Positions 59,849 to 64,000 of a stretch of DNA of 64,000 bases are shown in pieces. The translations under genes were made by a program, and so were the position numbers. A model generated the notes under the pieces. It searched no databases and was not told where the DNA came from. It worked only from the letters and a program-made list of their open reading frames with translations. Numbering within the stretch: position 1 is the first letter of the stretch; each line of letters starts with the position of its first letter. This DNA is from an uncultured Gemmatimonadaceae bacterium (GTDB lineage Bacteria; Gemmatimonadota; Gemmatimonadetes; Gemmatimonadales; Gemmatimonadaceae). The DNA is taken from contig CAVXGK010000002.1 in assembly GCA_963761305.1 (NCBI GenBank), positions 1,984,001 through 2,048,000 of the forward strand, written 5' to 3'.

Positions 59849-61645
59849 ATGCGTTTCAGGCAAAACGGCGTCATCGTCCTGCTCTTCGTCGCCCTCGCGG
59901 GCGTCACGATCGGGATTCTGCGCACGAACCAGGGTCCGTCCGCCCAATCCCGCGGCACGCGGCGCTCGTCGCTCGATCGCAACTTCGTGGTCGACCAGAG
60001 CTCGCTCGTCACGGCGCAACAGATCCTGCGCCTCCCGACCACCCCCGAAGAGCGATCGTACGCGTACGACGCGCTGCGATTGGCCGATCAGGAGCTGGAC
60101 CTCGCGTTTGCCCAACAGGTGCAGACCGCGTCCAACCAGCCGCCATCGAAGTCGCCCGAGGTCAAGCAGCTCAGCGACAAGCTGCAGCAATCGCTTCGCG
60201 ATTCAGTGGGTGACCAGGGGCGCGTCGCCGAGCTGACCACGGGGCTGGCGAAGGCAGGTCCGTCGACGGTGCAAGCGATCAGCGATCGCCTCGAGCTGGC
60301 CAAGGCGCAGGCCGCGCTCGACCAGGACGAAGTCGACGACGCGCGCGGCGACCTGCAGCGCGCCGGCGGCGATCCGCAGGGACGAATTCAGGCCATCATC
60401 GCCGAGCACGACGCCGCGTCTCACGCATCCGACAGCACGCACATCGTGATCACGCCCGCGCCGGAGCGGCGCGGCATGCTCCAGCGCGGCGACGCGCTGC
60501 TCACGCTCCGCGACAAGGTGCGCCAGCTCGACAAGGCCAAGCGCACCGCCGATTCGCTGGCGACGCTCTTCAAGCAGCGCCACGATCGCATCGAGGCGCG
60601 GATCGCGCACATGATCGACAGCGCCACCGCGCAGGTGACGCACGATTCGGCGGCGGCCTTGCTCGCGCTCACGCGGGCGCGCGCGCGCAGCGAAAAATCC
60701 CGCTCGCTGTACGACGAGCGAATCGATGACCAGCGCCGCCTCTCCGACACCTACGCCGCGTGGAGCGGCGTGGTCGCGTCGCAGGCCCGCGTGCTGTCGA
60801 ACGAGTTACTGCGGAGTACGGCGATCATTCTCACGATCGTCCTCGTCGGGATGCTGCTGACGCGTTGGATCGAGTACCTGTTCGGCACGCACGTGGCGGA
60901 TCATCGCCGCGCGCAAACGCTGATGATGATCTCGCGGGCGACGTTCCAGGTGGGCGGGGTGCTGTTGATCCTGCTCGTCGTCTTCGGTCCTCCGAGCGAC
61001 CTGGGGACCGTGCTCGGGTTGCTCGGCGCGGGGCTCACCTTCGCGCTCAAGGACTTCATCATCGGGTTCCTCGGCTGGTTCGTGCTGATGGGCAAGAACG
61101 GGATCCGGGTCGGCGATCAGGTGGAGATAAACGACGTCACCGGCGAAGTCGTCGAGATCGGCATGTTCTACACGGTGCTGCTCGAGACCGGGGCGTGGAG
61201 CGAATCACACCCGACCGGCCGCCGCGTGACGTTCACGAACGGCTTCGCCATCGAAGGACACTACTTCAACTTCTCGACGTCCGGCCGCTGGATGTGGGAC
61301 GAGGTGCACATCGAGGTGCCCCAGGGCCACGACCCGCGCGCGATCGTCGAGGCGCTGGAGAAGCAGATTCAAGCCGCCACGGCGGAAACCGCCCAACAGG
61401 CGGAGCTGGAGTGGAAGGAGGCGCGACGGTCACCGCATGCATCGACGATCGAGGGCGCGCCGTCGATCGGCCTCCGGCCGACGGCGGCCGGCGTCGAAAT
61501 CGTCGCTCGCTACATCACGTCGTCGTCCGGCCGCGACGAGCTGCGCGCGCGCTTGTATCAGACGGCGATCGAGATGATGTCCGGCCGCGACGACGGAAAA
61601 TATTCGTTGCCGAAAGGGGCCGCGGCGGTCGAACAGCGACGGTAA
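59849..61645 (+). CDS. MscS-family mechanosensitive channel with periplasmic coiled-coil domain
   Basis: GLTFALKD, IRVGDQVEI..VTGEVVEIG, TGRRVTFTN. Confidence 0.88.
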   Translation: MRFRQNGVIVLLFVALAGVTIGILRTNQGPSAQSRGTRRSSLDRNFVVDQSSLVTAQQILRLPTTPEERSYAYDALRLADQELDLAFAQQVQTASNQPPSKSPEVKQLSDKLQQSLRDSVGDQGRVAELTTGLAKAGPSTVQAISDRLELAKAQAALDQDEVDDARGDLQRAGGDPQGRIQAIIAEHDAASHASDSTHIVITPAPERRGMLQRGDALLTLRDKVRQLDKAKRTADSLATLFKQRHDRIEARIAHMIDSATAQVTHDSAAALLALTRARARSEKSRSLYDERIDDQRRLSDTYAAWSGVVASQARVLSNELLRSTAIILTIVLVGMLLTRWIEYLFGTHVADHRRAQTLMMISRATFQVGGVLLILLVVFGPPSDLGTVLGLLGAGLTFALKDFIIGFLGWFVLMGKNGIRVGDQVEINDVTGEVVEIGMFYTVLLETGAWSESHPTGRRVTFTNGFAIEGHYFNFSTSGRWMWDEVHIEVPQGHDPRAIVEALEKQIQAATAETAQQAELEWKEARRSPHASTIEGAPSIGLRPTAAGVEIVARYITSSSGRDELRARLYQTAIEMMSGRDDGKYSLPKGAAAVEQRR

Positions 61646-61664
61646 CGAACCCGAAGGTCGACGC

Positions 61665-61976
61665 CTAGTGCGGCGTGATGATCCGCGCCGGCATCGACGA
61701 CGCGCGCGTCGGATCGTGGCGGTCGGCCAGAATTCGCGCCGTGAAGCGCTGCGCCTCCGAGATTCGCTCGACCTCGATCGCGAGCGAGTCCAGCGCCTCC
61801 ATCACCCGTGACGCCGGCTCCTTCACCTCGCCGCGAATCTGCTGCGTGAGCATCATGCGATCGAGCATCGTCTCGGCGCGCTGAGCGCGCCGCAGCGCGA
61901 CGACCCAGAGGGTTCCCAGCAGGATCGAAACCGGCCCGAAGGCCAAGCCGAGCATAAGGACAACGTCCTTGATCAC
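61665..61976 (-). CDS. Small single-TM hypothetical protein
   Basis: N-terminal TM and helical LDSLAIEVERISEAQRFTARIL segment. Confidence 0.65.
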   Translation of the reverse strand: MIKDVVLMLGLAFGPVSILLGTLWVVALRRAQRAETMLDRMMLTQQIRGEVKEPASRVMEALDSLAIEVERISEAQRFTARILADRHDPTRASSMPARIITPH

Positions 61977-62121
61977 GATGCCTCCCTTGGAGTGCGTGCC
62001 GACGCGCGTGGCTGACCGCCTCTACGAAACCATTCGACGGAGGGTTTCGCCAGTGAACCGGCCCCGGTCGTCACCGAACGCGACCTTCCGCCGTTTGAGA
62101 CGCCGCCACATACTAGCCGCC

Positions 62122-62952
62122 ATGGACTACAAAACCATCGACGTGCGGCCGAGCACTCCCGTGCTCGGCGCCGAGATCCGCGGCGCCGACCTCACGCGCC
62201 CCCTGTCCGACGACCAGTGGACCGAAGTGCTCGACGCGTTTCACCGGCATTCGGTCATCTTCTTCCGCGATCAGAAGCCGATGACGCCCGAGCAGCAGGT
62301 GGCGTTCGGCAAGCGGTTCGGTCCGCTGCACTTCCACCCCGCCGCGCCGCACATGGAGGGGCACCCGGAGGTGTTCGTCATCCACGCGCACAAGGACTCG
62401 AAGATCGCCAACGGCGAGTTCTGGCACTCCGACGTCTCGTGCGACGTCGAGCCGCCGCTCGGCTCGATTCTTCAGATTCATCTGCTGCCGCCGGCCGGCG
62501 GCGATACGCTCTTCGCGAGCATGTACGCGGCGTACGACGATCTCTCGCCGCGCATGAAGGTGTATCTCGAGGGACTCAACGCGGTGCACGAGTCCGAGCA
62601 CATCTACCGCGGCCGCTACTCCGACCGTGGCGTGAGCGACGCCGGCAAGGTCTACCCGACCGCCGTCCATCCGATCATCCGCACCCACGCGGACACGGGA
62701 AAGAAGTCGCTCTTCGTCAACCGCACCTTCACCACGCGGATCGAAGGGCTGCCCGAAGAAGAGAGCAAGGCCATGCTGCGATTCTTGTTCGATCACGCCG
62801 AGAGTCCGTGGTATCAGACACGATTCACGTGGCGGGAGAACGACGTGGCGATGTGGGACAATCGCTGCACACAGCACATGGCCATCTGGGACTACTGGCC
62901 GAACGAGCGCAAAGGAAATCGAGTCACGGTGAAGGGAGAGCGTCCGAGATGA
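62122..62952 (+). CDS. TauD/TfdA Fe(II)/2-oxoglutarate dioxygenase
   Basis: WHSD, GGDTLFA, HPIIRTH, WDNRCTQH. Confidence 0.93.
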   Translation: MDYKTIDVRPSTPVLGAEIRGADLTRPLSDDQWTEVLDAFHRHSVIFFRDQKPMTPEQQVAFGKRFGPLHFHPAAPHMEGHPEVFVIHAHKDSKIANGEFWHSDVSCDVEPPLGSILQIHLLPPAGGDTLFASMYAAYDDLSPRMKVYLEGLNAVHESEHIYRGRYSDRGVSDAGKVYPTAVHPIIRTHADTGKKSLFVNRTFTTRIEGLPEEESKAMLRFLFDHAESPWYQTRFTWRENDVAMWDNRCTQHMAIWDYWPNERKGNRVTVKGERPR

Positions 62953-62998
62953 GCAAACGGGGATCTTGATCGACCTGTCTACCGCGCGTCTGGCTGGT

Positions 62999-63799
62999 AT
63001 GCGCTTCGTGCTGACGGCAACGCTCATGATGTCCGGTCTCGCGTCGACCGGCGCGCAGAGCCGAACCGCCGGTCCGTGGATGGACAGCGTCAGCACGCCG
63101 GTCTTTTTGTTCGGCGTGTCTGGCAACGACGCCGACGTCGTCCGCGTCACGCTCCGCGTCGGCTCCCGGATCGCCGAGATCTCCGCACGCGGGGAAGACG
63201 TCAAGCGCTTCGGCGATTCGGCCGTCGTCATCTTCACGCGCGCGCCTCAACCGATCAGCGGCGCGTCGTACGCTCTCGACGGACCGAAGATGCGGCTCAC
63301 ATACGGCGTGGGAAATGGCGGAGCGGTCATTCGTTTTCGCCTCGACGGCAACATCGGCCTCGACGTCGAGCCGACGCTTCCAGATGCGCTGCGCATCGTC
63401 GGGATCCTTCGGGGCGCGGCGTTCTGGGCGGTCGAGCAACATCGCATCGCCGTGAATCCGCGCCACCCCTACCCGCCCGCGCCGGCGGCGGGGTTCGACA
63501 CGTACTCGGAGTCTCAAGTGGACCGGCCGGCGTCCGCGCGCCCTGGCAATCGGCCGCCGACCTACCCACCGCTGTTCCACTCCGCGAAAGTCGAAGGCGA
63601 GGTTCTCGCGATATTCGTCGTCGACACACTCGGACGCGTCGACACGAGCACCTTTCACGTACTCAAATCCACGCACGACTTGTTCACGCAAGCCGTCAAG
63701 GCCGCCGTGGCTCGGTATTCGTTCCGGCCGGCCGAGCTTGACGGGCGGAAGGTGAAACAGTTGGTCCAGATGCCTTTCGATTTTTCGATGATGCCGTGA
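62999..63799 (+). CDS. Exported protein with TonB C-terminal domain
   Basis: PPTYP..KVEGEVLAIFVVDTLGRV...FRPAELDGRKVKQLVQMPFDF. Confidence 0.8.
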   Translation: MRFVLTATLMMSGLASTGAQSRTAGPWMDSVSTPVFLFGVSGNDADVVRVTLRVGSRIAEISARGEDVKRFGDSAVVIFTRAPQPISGASYALDGPKMRLTYGVGNGGAVIRFRLDGNIGLDVEPTLPDALRIVGILRGAAFWAVEQHRIAVNPRHPYPPAPAAGFDTYSESQVDRPASARPGNRPPTYPPLFHSAKVEGEVLAIFVVDTLGRVDTSTFHVLKSTHDLFTQAVKAAVARYSFRPAELDGRKVKQLVQMPFDFSMMP

Positions 63800-63801
63800 C
63801 A

Positions 63802-63845
63802 CCGGTGGATCGGTCCACGGGTCCACCGATCCGCCGCTCCACCGG
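63802..63845. repeat. Convergent GGTGGA-family octamer repeats between two stop codons
   Basis: ccggtggatc... followed by gtccac/tccacc units. Confidence 0.55.
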
Positions 63846-63998
63846 TCATCGGAGAAATCGCCTCGCCAGCGATTCGAGTCGGTCATCACCGGACGCTTGC
63901 GCTCGCGCGAGAATTCGGCGCACGTGCTCATAGAGTTTGCGCTCGCCCCAGTAGTAGCCCGTCGCCTGCTCCGCGCTCGCCGTCTCTCCCTCACGCGC
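63846..63998 (-). CDS. C-terminal fragment of an unidentified protein, partial at window edge
   Basis: Open frame ...ATGYYWGERKLYEHVRRILARAQASGDDRLESLARRFLR* from the window end. Confidence 0.5.
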   Translation of the reverse strand, partial: AREGETASAEQATGYYWGERKLYEHVRRILARAQASGDDRLESLARRFLR

Positions 63999-64000
63999 CG

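Noticed and set aside
62122..62952. Assigning gene symbol tauD
   Set aside because: The family is clear, but there are no tauABC neighbours and the substrate cannot be determined.

Overview
High-GC bacterial DNA. The gene content (ADOP-type orphan permeases, VPS10/BNR propellers, NHL/PAL propellers, many exported hydrolases) suggests Gemmatimonadota or a similar lineage; this is inferred. About 45 CDS are present, mostly exported peptidases (M13, M1, tricorn S41, S53, CocE/NonD) and glycosidases (GH3 fragment, GH29, GH18, two VPS10-type). No rRNA, tRNA, CRISPR array or transposase was seen. Main observations: (1) An OsmC-family gene whose apparent TGA stop sits at the position of the second catalytic Cys and is followed by a SECIS-like hairpin, so it is a probable selenoprotein. 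(2) A periplasmic redox cluster at 24.5-35.6 kb: three c-type cytochromes, a Tat-exported sarcosine-oxidase-like flavoprotein, a PQQ dehydrogenase, HupE/UreJ and three PAL-like propellers, including a coupled dead/active pair. (3) A 1.1-kb intergenic module made of a 199-bp inverted-repeat element and about 34 in-register 21-bp repeats. (4) Two paralogous membrane-anchored pseudokinases, one with a probable CTG start and one with a tail carrying 18 D-S/T-x sequons. (5) A cytoplasmic subtilase paired with an alpha/beta hydrolase. (6) About 15 frameshifts at 29-35 kb that look like merged wobble-position SNPs from two strains rather than true gene decay.
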